Of a stretch of DNA of 64,000 nt, positions 26,598-39,811 are shown piece by piece (position 1 is the first letter of the stretch; every line of letters starts with the position of its first letter). The notes below the pieces were generated by a model. The model was not told where the DNA came from. It saw nothing but the letters and a program-made list of their open reading frames with translations, and did no database searches. The translations under genes were made by a program, and so were the position numbers. Source of the DNA: the human T2T-CHM13v2.0 reference genome, Homo sapiens; assembly GCF_009914755.1 (NCBI RefSeq), contig NC_060934.1. One strand, written 5' to 3'.

Positions 26598-26775
26598 AAA
26601 TGTACTATATATATAGTACATTTATATATATATACATGTATATACATATATATACATACATATATGTATATATGTATATGTATTATAATACATATATAAC
26701 AAGTATATATAATCTATACAATATATAGATTATATAGATTATATATATGCATTATATATATGTGTATATATATAT
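26598..26775. repeat. TA-rich low-complexity tract
   Basis: (TA)n/(TACA)n/(TAGA)n mosaic containing local palindromes. Confidence 0.9.
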
Positions 26776-26849
26776 CAATGGGATTTATTTCTGAAATCAC
26801 AAATGAGTGAGGAACAAATGGACTAATACTCTTAGAAAAATTTTTATAT

Positions 26850-27168
26850 TGTGGACATTACTAGTTCTTGTAAATATCAAGTTTTTCCCTCTGCCCAGGG
26901 AAATTCAAGATTTCACTTCCAAGTCAACTTGAAGTTAATCAAGCCATGTAAAATTGTAGCCTATGTTCTGTGAGTGGAAGTAACGTGAAGAGTGGGTGTG
27001 AGCTCTCCATTCTGTCTTCTGTTACAGCACTAATGGAAGAGGCTAAATGTTCCAGATGGTACAGCTGAAAGATAGGAGAGTTAACATAGCCTAGGTCTTT
27101 GAGATACTTGTCAAACAGGGCCCCACTCCACTATGTTAGACACATACCATGAGTAAGAAGTAAACCTT
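26850..27168 (+). mobile_element. MLT1 (I/J-like) LTR fragment
   Basis: CTTGAAGTTA...GCCATGT...TGTGAGTGGAAGT...TGTTCCAGATGGT...ATGAGTAAGAAGTAAACCTT. Confidence 0.6.
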
Positions 27169-27462
27169 CAAAAAATTAGAAGATAAACAATAATATCTTT
27201 ATAACCTCAGAGCATAAAATAATTTTTAATTAAAACACAGAAAAAATAAGTTAATTGGGAAACATCTATATTAAACATGGCTCTACAACAAAATATGCCA
27301 TAAATTAAGTGAACACACACACACCACACACGCACAAACACACCCACATTCTTTATTAGCTAACTAAAAAGAAATAACAGTCCAGTAGAAATAATTGATC
27401 AAAGATATGAACAAACAAGACAGAGCAGATAAAAGGTAAATAAATATAAAAAATACTCACTA

Positions 27463-27783
<321 letters not shown>

Positions 27784-28107
27784 CTCACTTCTCTATTAGA
27801 GAAGCAAAAATTAAGCATGTCATGAAATATTTTATCATATTTATCAGATCTGCTAAGATGTACATTTAGACATGTTGGTGAAGAATTGGAGCAACACAAT
27901 ATACAATTAAACAGTTGGATATCAGTTGTTGTAACTGCTTTAGAGAGTAACTTTGAAAGTTTTAATAATTCGAAAATATTCATGAACTTACATTTAAAAA
28001 TTATATTCCTAAATGTACATCATAGAGGCACTCCATATTCACTCAGAGAGATATGTACAAAAATATTTTATACAGCATTATTTGTAATAAAGAAAAATAG
28101 GAAATAT

Positions 28108-29440
28108 CCTGAAGTCATCCTTTACTCCTCTCTTTCTCTTATACCTACCTTCTTCTACTCCATCCTGAATCCAGGCAGATCTATCTTCAAAACCCGACAT
28201 TTCATCACTACTCCCACTCCCACCAGTCTCATGCAAGTGATCGTTAACCTTCACCTAAATGTTTGCAATAGCTTTCACCCTCTCCCCCTCTACAGGATCT
28301 CCTTTCAGCAGATGGTAGTGTCCTTGTAAAAATATATGTCAGATGTTTCTCTTGTGTTCAAAATCCTTCAATTACTTCCCAGGATTACAATCCTTCAATT
28401 ATTCTTCAATTAAGAGTAAATTCTGTGGTACTACCAAGATCTATAAGGCTGTAGTTAAACTCCCCTGTCCAATACCTCACTAGCCTCAGCTCCTACCCCT
28501 CTTCCTGCCACTATGCTCCAGATACACACACACTGCTTTCCTCATCCATATGTATTTATAGCCTTATTAACAATAGCCACCGTACTTCTCACAGAGGCCT
28601 TTTTATCATGATTTTTAATAAAATGGCCAACATATCCCATCTTCTTAAGCAGTTTTATTTTTCTTCATAGCACTAATCACTATCTGACATATTAAATATT
28701 GGTTGCTTTCTTTTCTGCATTACTCCTCTAAATTGCAGGCCTCGTGTGCAGGGACACTGTATGTTCTATTGGCTGGTGTATTCTTAAGTCCCAGGTAGTA
28801 TAGTAGGTCCTCAAATAACTTATTTTCAATATCATTTTGTTATAATGTAGACGAAGGGGAAAAAATTAATTCCCATCTGGGGCACTGGCTGTGTGGAGTT
28901 TACATGCTCTCTCTATATCTGTGTGGGTTTTTTCCCCCAGGTTCTCCTCCCACTTCCCACAGATGTGCATGTTAGGTTCACTGGTGCATGTAAATTGTCC
29001 CAGTCTGATTGTGGGTGTGTGTGTGAGTGCACTCTGATTGAATGGTGACCTACCAGGATTGGGTCCTGCCTTGCCAACCCAATCTGCTTGAATAGGCTCG
29101 GGGCACTCACAACCCTGAGCTAGCATAGTACGTAAATAATGATCTCACTTGTTTTTATTCACTTTTCTGTAATGTATATATAGCTCACCTTTATTCAGTG
29201 TTGAATATTAGAAGTGTCTTTTTCTTTATTTTGAAGTGTGGTGATGTTTTTGTGACCAGAAAAATGCATTAGAAACTTAACTCTTGTTTACCTCCATTAG
29301 CTTATGGTAAAATTTGTTTCATTATTTGTCATTTTGCTTAAAGTTGCAGTTTCCAAGAACCTATCCTCAATGTTAATGAGGACTCACTGTACCTTGGACA
29401 TAATCAGTGCTTGATCAATATGTGTTTAATGAACAAACAA
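28108..29440 (+). mobile_element. L2a 3' region, interrupted by MER6A
   Basis: TTTATTTTTCTTCATAGCACTAATCACTATCTGACATATT...GCAGGGAC; L2 terminus resumes at 29392-29440. Confidence 0.75.
28801..29389 (+). mobile_element. MER6A (TcMar-Tigger DNA transposon) with TA target duplication
   Basis: Termini TAGTAGGTCCTC...GAGGACTCACTG flanked by TA; internal CTGTGTGGAGTTTACATGCTCTC...GTGTGGGTTTT...CTCCCAC...GTTAGGTT. Confidence 0.88.
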
Positions 29441-29784
29441 AAAGGTACACTTTAGTGCATATAAATATATGCATAGAGCCTTGAAGAAGAATAAAAGAGT
29501 ACCTCCAAAAAGGATGTCCAACAGGTCGGTTTTACCGAGTTATTCCTTATCCCTTAGAATCTGAGTTTGAAGGAGCAACATGGGCAACAGCATTAGCCTA
29601 GGGTTGGCCCAAGGTGATTAGCCTAGTAGGTGATTCCATTAGACTAGGGGATGAAGGGTGAATTTCTAAGAAGAAGAAAATAAGAGGCCTAAGCAAAAAA
29701 AGATGAGTTACAGACAAGTGTTCCCAAAGTGAAATCAAACTGTCAATAAGACCCCATGCTCTCTGGATCAGATATCCCTATAGC

Positions 29785-30273
29785 TGATAGAGACACCCAA
29801 ATTTATAAAAATAGAACCAAGTGTCTACAGTGGGAGTGAGAGAATGATCATATGCCCTTTGTTCTTGGAAAGGCACCTCTTGACAAACATCCCACTTCAT
29901 GTACCTGAGCCAGAACAGTTCCTGTAACCAAAGCCAAGATAAATTGTTGCCAGAACTCCCCGACAGGCTGTTTGGGGAAAAAAAAAAAAATCTTATAAAT
30001 ATTTCTGGTTTGGGGCTTGGAAAGCCAGCCAATCAGGGGTCAAGTGTCTCAACCAATCAGAATTGAACAAGCGTGAATCCATCCTTTGCATTAATGGACC
30101 TGATTGAGAAATGGGGCAGGAATTTTCTCTACTTAAGCCAAACACTTTGTTCTTTGGAGAGTATACTTTCACTTGTATTGAAGACTATGCCTCTCTGGTC
30201 TACAGATTGATTTTTTAAATAGAAAAGAAAGCTTTCCTTTTTTCCTTCACAGATCTCATGGTCTTTTGTCAAA
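29785..30273 (+). mobile_element. Solo ERV LTR (MER72/LTR47-like)
   Basis: CCAATCAG twice, TTTGCAT, GGACCTGATTG...GGGGCAGGAA, terminal AGATCTCATGGTCTTTTGT; family name tentative. Confidence 0.6.
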
Positions 30274-30664
30274 AGAAATTATAATGCAAAAGAAATTCTG
30301 AATCTAGGACTTGGAGTTAAGAGTTTGAATGCTATGCAAATGAATATACTAGCCAACACATTGCCAGTTAATGGAGAGGTTTGAATCCACAGATAGAATA
30401 CACACATTTGACAATTACCTTGTGGTCTAGAGCTAGAGTTGGAGGCACACGAAGCAGACAGTTTCAAAAAGAGATCAGGCTGGAGCTCTCCTTCTACACA
30501 AAAGCAATGTGTGTATGAGAGTTCTCTGATGCTGATTTAAGGTTTTACGGGATGTAGGTATATTCTGCAGTTGAGAAGAATAAATAATATATCCAGTTTA
30601 TGGATTCCCTTTTTAACCACTTCTTTCAATTCAATATTCTTTTATTCACATTTTATTATCAAAT

Positions 30665-30862
30665 GCAATAATTTTCAGTTGTGATTGTGCATCAGAACCA
30701 CTTAGGCAGTCTTCTGAAAATACAGTGAGGACAGTAACCTGGAAAGAATCTATTGACTTGGTAGGTTTTCGGTGGACCATAGGCATGTGTTCAGCTGCTA
30801 TATTTGTGTTTTAGTTGCAGGGTCAATTTAGTGATCAATCAAATTTGAAAACAGCTGACCTA
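30665..30862. mobile_element. MER5-like hAT-Charlie MITE
   Basis: TGCATCAGAACCACTTAGG...TTTGAAAACAGCTG; diverged. Confidence 0.5.
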
Positions 30863-30911
30863 ATTTATGCAACACACAAAACAAATGATCTTTGCTCTAA
30901 AGTCACATTCA

Positions 30912-32213
<1,302 letters not shown>

Positions 32214-32929
32214 AAAGTCACATTCATCATACCAGGTTATCCCTGGATGACAGGATTATGATTGGCGATTTTTTTTCTCAATGTCTGTTTATATTTTCTA
32301 TAATAAATGTTCCCTAAGGAACATATGCAACTTTTATAACATACTAAAATAATTAAAAAATGGGTTTGAAATAGTTTTGTCTTACTCTGTTTTGTTTGTA
32401 TCCAAACCAGAGTAATCATTACCCAATATCTGGGCATATGGGCATTATTGTACAATATGGTGGTTATTAGCAATTCTGGCCTCTATTTTAAGACTTTTTT
32501 TTTCTTTTGTCCCTTTCTTTTCCAAGTGAAATCTTAGTTTATAAGAGCTCTTAAAAAGTTTTAAAGGTTCAATCGATTATAATGCAATTTTTTTAAATTA
32601 TCAAAATATCTCTCTTAAACATTGGTCTTTCTCAGTGCCAAAAAACCACTAAATAGTTAATCTTGTAGCAGTTACTATCTACAGAAGTTGACTGCTAGAA
32701 TGAAAATGTCTCTCCTGGTTGGGCAAAGGACAGCCCTTACTGTGACCTATTTATAAGCATTAGATATTAAGTCACTTTCTCTCTGCTCAGGTGAGATGTC
32801 TACAAAATATTCATGATGCTTGCTGAGTGTTCTGACTTCAGTTTTATGCCTGGAAATTGAAATACTTTCACAGCCAGAGCTAGGCAAAGACTTTGCTGGC
32901 AAGCCTCACTAACATAGCAAGCAGAATTC

Positions 32930-33350
32930 AAATTTACATGTAGAGTCTCCATTGCAGCATTAATATCTAGCTCAGATCGGCAGCTCGACAGATGTCTGTG
33001 AAGAGTTGAGAAATAAAACCTATTTAAGAGGATCTGAACGTGAATCTCGAGAGCCACACACATAGGTCAGCATCTGTAGCCCACAGCCCAGCGGCAATAT
33101 AATTACAGCGCATGTGGAAAACCCTGTATTCGGAGCTCCCTTGGACTTTCCTGTCCATGCAGATGGAGTAACCTTGGTAAGGCAATTTCCTTTCCAATCC
33201 CTTTGATTTTCTATTCATCTTAAGTGAGTTTATTTGGCTGTTTGTGTTTGGCTCATTCTGGAAACAGTCACCATAGGGGAAATCATTTGCGTTTGGGAGT
33301 GAAGAGAAACAGAAGAGCAGGTGCAGAGAGAGAACTACATGCTGGGAAGA
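32930..33350. promoter_or_regulatory. Candidate cis-regulatory element or non-coding first exon in unique sequence
   Basis: 7 CpGs in 32978-33132, TATA-like TATTTAAG at 33021, five E-boxes, TCF-like CTTTGAT at 33201, donor-like TTG|GTAAGG at 33176; motif evidence only. Confidence 0.35.
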
Positions 33351-34138
33351 CAAGTACTTCTACTTAGATCTACCCATTACCCACAATACAACTACAGTGA
33401 AGGTGAGGCTGAGGGGAGAGGGTGCACACTTTTTCAGTTCATGAAACTTTTATGTTTTCTTTTTGTTTAAAAGATGGCATATTAGAGGCTTTCAATGCAT
33501 GTCAGCTAAATAAAATAACAAGATAGTGCATAAAAATCAGTTTTGTGAGCTTAATTCAAGAAGGAAAATCCACCAGAATTGTGACACCCCAGATCCCAGG
33601 GAGGAGAACACTGGAAAACAGCCCCTGTGACAGCATCCAGCTGATAAAGGTGAGTGAGGCCCAGTATGTAAGAGAGGCAGCCAGCCAGCCTCCCTCTATG
33701 ACTGACCTTTCCATTCCACTAGGGATTCAAGCAACCCAGGCTGCGGGAAAGTACTTTGTTTCGCCCAAGTCCTGCAGCTAACTTGGGGAGAGACTTGACT
33801 TAAAAACATTGCCTTTCCTTGGCAACTGGGCAGCTTTACTGTACAGGCATGTTAGTCTTAGGCCAGAGATTGGAGTACCTGCTCTGCAGTTGCATAGGGG
33901 CCTCCACAGCTAGAACCATGGAAAGTGACTCAGCAGTAAGTCCTGGAATTGTGCTCTCCTTGTTGCAAGCCTGGGACAGGAGAGCTGCCACAGCTACAGT
34001 ATCCTCTGGATGGTGAGACTTATAGCCAGGGGCAGTTTGGAGACCTGCAACAGGTCTGCATGTGCCATTGCTGAATGCCCCAGGCTGCTCCCCTGGTGAA
34101 GCAGGACCCTCTCTGCTCTACCCTCAGGCAGAAATTCA

Positions 34139-34500
34139 GGCATTTGAAGCACCCACTTGCATGGGCTAGCAGCCTGAGCCACCCCACTCTTCATGGGCTG
34201 AGATTGAAGGAGGGCAGGCCCTATCCATTCCATGCCAAGGCCAATCTCCAGGAATTTGGAGCACCCACTCACCTGGTTCTGCAGCCTGAGCTTCTCCACC
34301 CTTCCTGTGCATAGATCATGTTGCAGAGTGGCCCTCTCTGCTTCACACCCAAGTAGATCTCCAGGCATTCGGAGCACCCGGTTCAGCAGCCTAAGCCACC
34401 CTGCCCTTCCTGTGCAGAGATCCTGGTGCAGAGGAGCCCTCTCCACTGTATGCCCAGACAGATCTCTGGGCATCTGGAGCACCCATTCTCCTGGATTAGG
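34139..34500 (+). repeat. ~105-113-bp tandem repeats in the L1 5' UTR
   Basis: GGCATTTGGAGCACCC-like motif recurs at 34139, 34251, 34364 and 34469. Confidence 0.85.
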
Positions 34501-36889
34501 AGTATAGACTGCCCTCCAATCTTGTTTAGACAACTTGCGATAAGTAAGTTTCCCAGCTCCATGTCTACACACACCTCTGGGTGCTTGGTGTCTGCCCATT
34601 GTGTTTGCCCTTGGCACTGGTGCTGGTGCCTGCCATCAGGAGATCTGTAAGCAGAACTGACAGGTCTGGCCCGCTCATCTTGACCTACAACCCCTCACCC
34701 TTAGGGCTGAGCAGGGAGCTGAAATCATTGTTCACTTCATGAATCAACCCATTGCCAGAGGCAGCAGGTTTCTCCGAGAAAACAAGGATCAAGTATACAC
34801 CCAGCCACATTGGCTGCAGCTGGCTCTTGTCTATAAGTGCCACCTACTAGCTTGTAGTTCAAACTGCACGGCTTAATTAAAACTTGCCAAAAAAGGGCAT
34901 AAGGCTATAGAAGCAAAGCCAAACGACAATATCCAGGATTCTCTACACTCACACCTCCTAGGCAGGAGTGGGAAAGGAAGGGAAAGAAAGAAAAAATAAT
35001 AATATTTTAGGGACAGAGAGAAAAAGAACAAATCCTATTTGAAAGAAAATAATTACAAAAATTAGAAGTGATAGTTTCTCCAGTTGAGAAGAAACTAGCA
35101 CAAGAATTTGGGCATCATGAAAAATTAGAATGTGTGACACCAGCAAAGGATCACACTACCTCTCCAGCAATGGACCCTAATCAAAATGAAAACTTGGAAA
35201 TGAAAGTTAAAGAACTCAAGGCATGGTTGCAAATAAGTTCAACGAGATTCAGTATAAGGTTGAAAGTCAACACAAAGAAACTTTCAAAGCAACCCAGGAA
35301 ATGAAGAAAAAGATAAACATCCCTAAAAAAAATCAATCAGAGCTTTGGGAATTAAAAAACTCACTTAAGAAACTTCAAAATATAATTGAAAGCTTTATCA
35401 GTAGACTGGACCAGGCAGAAGAAATAATTTCAGAGCTTGAAGTTTTCTCTTCCAAATTAACCAAGTCAGACAAAAGTATTCAAGAAATAAAAGACTGTGA
35501 AAAGTGACCATCTCTAAAATTATTAGCATTCTAGAGAGAGAAAGAGAAAAAGCAAAGAACCTGGAAAATATATTTGAGAAAATAGTTTAAGAAAGTGTCC
35601 CTAATGTTGCTGGAGAGGGAGACATCTAGGTACAAGAAATCCAGAGAACACCTGCATTACTCTATACAAAATGAACATCACCAAGGCATATCTTTACCAG
35701 ACTGTCCAAGGTAAATGCTATAGAAAACATCTTAAAGAAAGCTACAGAAAAAAACTCAGATCATGTACAAAGGGAACCTCATCAGGCTAACAGTAGGCTT
35801 CTCAGTAGAAACCTTATAAGCCAGTAGAACTATTTTCAGTATTCTTAAAAAAAAGAGAGATTCCAATCGAGCATTTTATATTCAACCAAATTAATCTTCA
35901 TAAGTGAAGGAGAAATAAAATATTTTCCAGGCAAGAAAAAGAAAAGCCATCCACATAGGAAAAAAAGAAGTCAAACTATTTCTCTTCTCAGATGATGTGA
36001 TTCTATACCTAGGAAACCCTAAAGAGTTTGTCAAAAGGCTCCTGGAACTGATAAACAACTTCAGTTAAGTTTCAGGATAAAAAAAATACATGTACAAAAC
36101 TCGTGTCTGTACACCAATAACTTTCAAGCTGAAAGCCAAATCAAGAATGCAATTCCATTTAAAGTAGACCAAAAAAAGATACCTAGAAATGCATTCAACC
36201 AAGGAGATAAGCAATCTCTACAAGAAGAACTATAAAACACTGCTAAAAATAATCATAGATGATACAAACAAATAGAAAAACATTCAATGCTCATGGATTT
36301 GAAGAATTAATATTGTTAAAATGGCCATATGCCTCAAAGAAATCTATGTATTCAACGCTATTTCTATCAAACTTTCAGTGTCATTTTTCACAGAACTAGA
36401 AAAAAACCCACATAGCTTAAAACCAAAAAATAGCTCAAATAGCCAAAGCAATCCTAAGCAAAAAGGAAAAAAGCTGAAGGCATCTCATTACCCAATTTCA
36501 AGATATACTAAAAGGCTGTCATAACCACAACAGTATGGTACTGGTACAGAAAGAGACACATAGACCAATGCAACAGAATAAAGAACACAGAAATGAAGCT
36601 GCACACCTACAGTCATCTGATATTTGACAAAGTTAACAAAACTAAGCAATGGGGAATGCACTCCCTGTTCAATAAATGGTGTTGGGATAGTTGGAAAGCC
36701 ATATTCAGAAGAATGAATTTGTACCCCTACCTTTCACTATATGCAAAAATTAACTCTCAAAGAACTAAAGATGTAAAACCTCAAACTATAAGAATTCAAG
36801 AAGAAATCCTGGAAAACACCACTCTGGTTGTCAGCATTGGGAAGGCTTGCTTTCAGCCTTAAAAACAGTTGCCACAAAAACAAAAATTG

Positions 36890-37180
36890 AGCTGGGCACA
36901 GTGGCTCACACCTGTAATCCTAGCTGTTCAGGAGGCCGAGGCAGGTGGCACCTGAGGTCAGGAGTTTTAAGACCAGAGTGACCAATGTGGTGAAACCCCG
37001 TCTCTACTAGAAATACAAAAATTAGCCAGGCGTAAGCGCCTGTAGTCCCAGCTACTCAGGAGGCTGAGGCAGAAGAATCACTTGAACCTGGGCGGCGGAG
37101 GTTGCAGTGAGTCAAGATCATGCCATTGCACTCCAGCCTGGGCAACAGAGCAGGACTCCATCTGAAGGAAAAAAAAAAAA
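36890..37180 (+). mobile_element. Alu (AluSx-like) nested in L1 ORF2
   Basis: GCTGGGCACAGTGGCTCACACCTGTAATCC...poly-A; L1 sequence continues on both sides. Confidence 0.95.
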
Positions 37181-38009
37181 GGGCAAGTTGGTCTTAATTA
37201 AACTAAAATGCTCCTGCACAGCAAAAGAAATTATCAAAGGAGTACACAGACACTTACAGAATGAAAGAAAATATCCAGAATCAATAAAGAACTTAAGCAA
37301 GTCAACAAGCAAGAAAACAAATAACCCCATTAAAAATGGGGCAGAAATATAAACAGACACTTCCAAAATAAGAGATATAAGTGGCCAACAAATGTATGAA
37401 AAAATGCTCGTCATCACTAATCATCAAAGAAATGCAAATGAAAAACCACAATGTGATACCATCTCACACCAGTCAGAATGCCTATTATTAAAAATAAAAA
37501 AAAAAAACAGATGCTGGTGAGGGTGCAGAGAGAAGGGAACACTTACACACTTATACAGTGTTGGTGGGGTTGTACATTAGGTCAGCCACTGTGGAAAGCA
37601 GTATGGAGCTTTCTCAAACAACTTAAAACAGAACAACCATTTGACCCAGCAATCCCATTAGTGGGTATATATCCTAAAGAAAACAAAGTGTTCTACCAAA
37701 AAGACACCAGTATTCACATGTTCACTGAAGCACTATTCACAATAGCAAAGACATGGAATCAACCGAAGTGCCCATCAGTGGTGGACTGGATAATGAAAAT
37801 GTGGTACCTATACACCAGGGAATACTATACAGCCATAAAAAAGAACAAAATTATGTTCTGTGAATCAACAGAAGCAACTGGAAGCCATTGTTCTAGTAAA
37901 TTAAGGCAGAAAAGAAAACCAAATATTGCTAGTTACTGAGCAAGTCACTGGCAAGGCCTACGTTCAAATGTAGGCCCACGCTTACTCAGGTGTACCACAT
38001 GATTTCCCA

Positions 38010-38243
38010 ATTATTTATCTTCTCTTCTTTTCTACTTGTCAGGATTTATGTGACTACAGTGGAACTGCTTGGATAGTCCAGAATAATCTATTTTAAATTC
38101 AAGTAATCATTAACCTTAATTAAATGATAAATTCATTTTGCTCTGTAAGGCAATGTATTCAAAATAGTGGTGTTTCATCATATTGATAGTCAAAAGGATT
38201 AGGGTATATAATCTTCTTAGGGAAAATAATTCTACCAATCACA
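38010..38243 (-). mobile_element. MLT1 LTR 5' fragment
   Basis: GGATAGTCCAGAATAATCT...TAACCTTAAT...GGATTAGG...TTCTACCAATCACA, the antisense MLT1 start. Confidence 0.6.
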
Positions 38244-38249
38244 CCACCA

Positions 38250-39811
38250 TTAAGCTAACCTAAGACTCCAGTTACCATAATATTTTAAAACTGTGGCTGG
38301 TACACTTGTCATTTATCATCCAAATTAGGCAAGAAAGTACCAAGAGGCACACTGGTAATCCCTGTATGCCAAACATGTTTTTCCCTGTCCTTGAGGCACA
38401 ACAGCACACAGTATGAACAGGGTTGATAACTTCTGCCAGGATGATAACTCACTTTCTTGCTTGCTGTTCTCCTACCACAAGTAGTCTAAAGTGACTGGGA
38501 AACAATGAGAACTTATCATTTAGTGAGACACTTGCTATGTTCCCTTGTAGAAGTGTTCCCACCCTGGGAACCAGGGGCTCTATACAGACACAACCCAGAG
38601 TTGTAGATTTGGAAAGCACAATTTCCCCAGGAGTCACTAGAAGCAATCATAAGCGTGTCACTTCTACTTTCAGCCTGAGTTCCAGACTCATGTATTCTAC
38701 CTGTTGGAATACAACATCATATAATTATCTTCTTGGATATACATTGAATCTCAGAGAATGGTATGGTATCCTTGGATGGAGTCTTTTCCAAACTGACCCC
38801 TCAGCTAAATCTTCATAAGGCTATTCTGTTTCTATGCTAGGTGAGCAAGTTTTGGGAGGTGTGTTACCTAATAGTGTATATTGCTGTACTTTCCTCTCAT
38901 TTACAGTGGGTTTCCACTCTAATTCAAATTCAATATGAGGTTATGCATTGGGAGATTAAAAAATACTATAAACTGTCAGTTCATGGTACTGACTGAGAGA
39001 CTGAAGACCAAAGGCAAACTCATACTCAGAATACATGTCAATTCCAGTTATGATGAATGGCTTTGCTTTCCAAGATAGAAAATGTCCAAGGTAATTAACT
39101 TACCTCCAGGTAACTGGTTGGTCTCCTCAAAGGATGGCACCGTACTGGAACCCAGTGTTAATCTCTTTCATTGTCCGCTTGAGCATTTAGTAGCTGTAAT
39201 AGGAGGATCAGCCTTGATGTCAGAAACCCATGTTCTTGGGCCTGTACATCACCTTGATTTTCTCAACCCTTTCAAACACCTGAGATATTGCACGAACTAG
39301 TGCATTCCTTTACAAAGGTATTCCACCAAGTTCAACGCAAAGAAAATTTTGCCAGTTGTATATACTAGTATAGCAAGCTAAGGACTATCAGTATCATACA
39401 TACTGTCATTGATGTTAGCTTCATTGCCAGCTGGTCGGGGGGATACATAATCCAGCTTTAAGATTTTAATTTAAAATCTGTTTTCTTGGCCTGGCACGGT
39501 GGCTCAGGCCTATAATCCCAGCACTTTGGGAGGCGGAGATGAGTGGATCATGAGGTCAGGAGTTAGAGACCAGCCTGGTCAATATGGTGAAACTCTGTCT
39601 CTACTAAAAATACAATAATTAGCTGGGCGCGGGTGCACACGCCTGTAGTACCAGCTACTCAGGAGGATGAGGCAGAAGAATCGCTTGAACCCAGGAGGTA
39701 GGGGTTGCAGTGAGCCGAGATCACTCCATTGCACTACAGCCTCGGCGACAGAGCGAGATTCCCCCTCTTAAAAAAAAAAATCTATTTTCTTGAACTACCA
39801 TTAATACCCAC
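38250..39811 (-). pseudogene. ERVL-class (HERV16/ERV3-16-like) internal remnant with decayed integrase and dUTPase segments
   Basis: Minus translation near 39085-39150 reads QYGAIL*GDQPVTWR*VNYLG (ERVL integrase YGTIPRGDQPATWWQVDYIG-like); ORF 38449-38646 EPLVPRVGTLLQGNIASVSLNDKFSLFPSHFRLL resembles HERV-L dUTPase EVLVPEGGMLPPGDTTMIPLNWKLRLPPGHFGLL. Confidence 0.8.
39488..39776 (+). mobile_element. Alu (AluSg-like) with ~15-bp TSD
   Basis: GGATCATGAGGTCAGGAGTT; TSD AAAATCTGTTTTCTT / AAAATCTATTTTCTT. Confidence 0.95.

Larger units (their letters stand above)
33470..37930 (+). mobile_element. Old L1 (L1PA15/16-like) with 5' UTR, ORF1, internal deletion and ORF2 3' half; 3' UTR truncated
   Basis: AAGATGGC start; repeated 5' UTR; ORF1 coiled-coil (ORF 35223-35507 ISRLDQAEEIISELE); RT region CTCTTCTCAGATGATGTGATT; ORF2 C-terminus (ORF 37478-37939 [13 protein letters not shown]). 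Confidence 0.9.
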
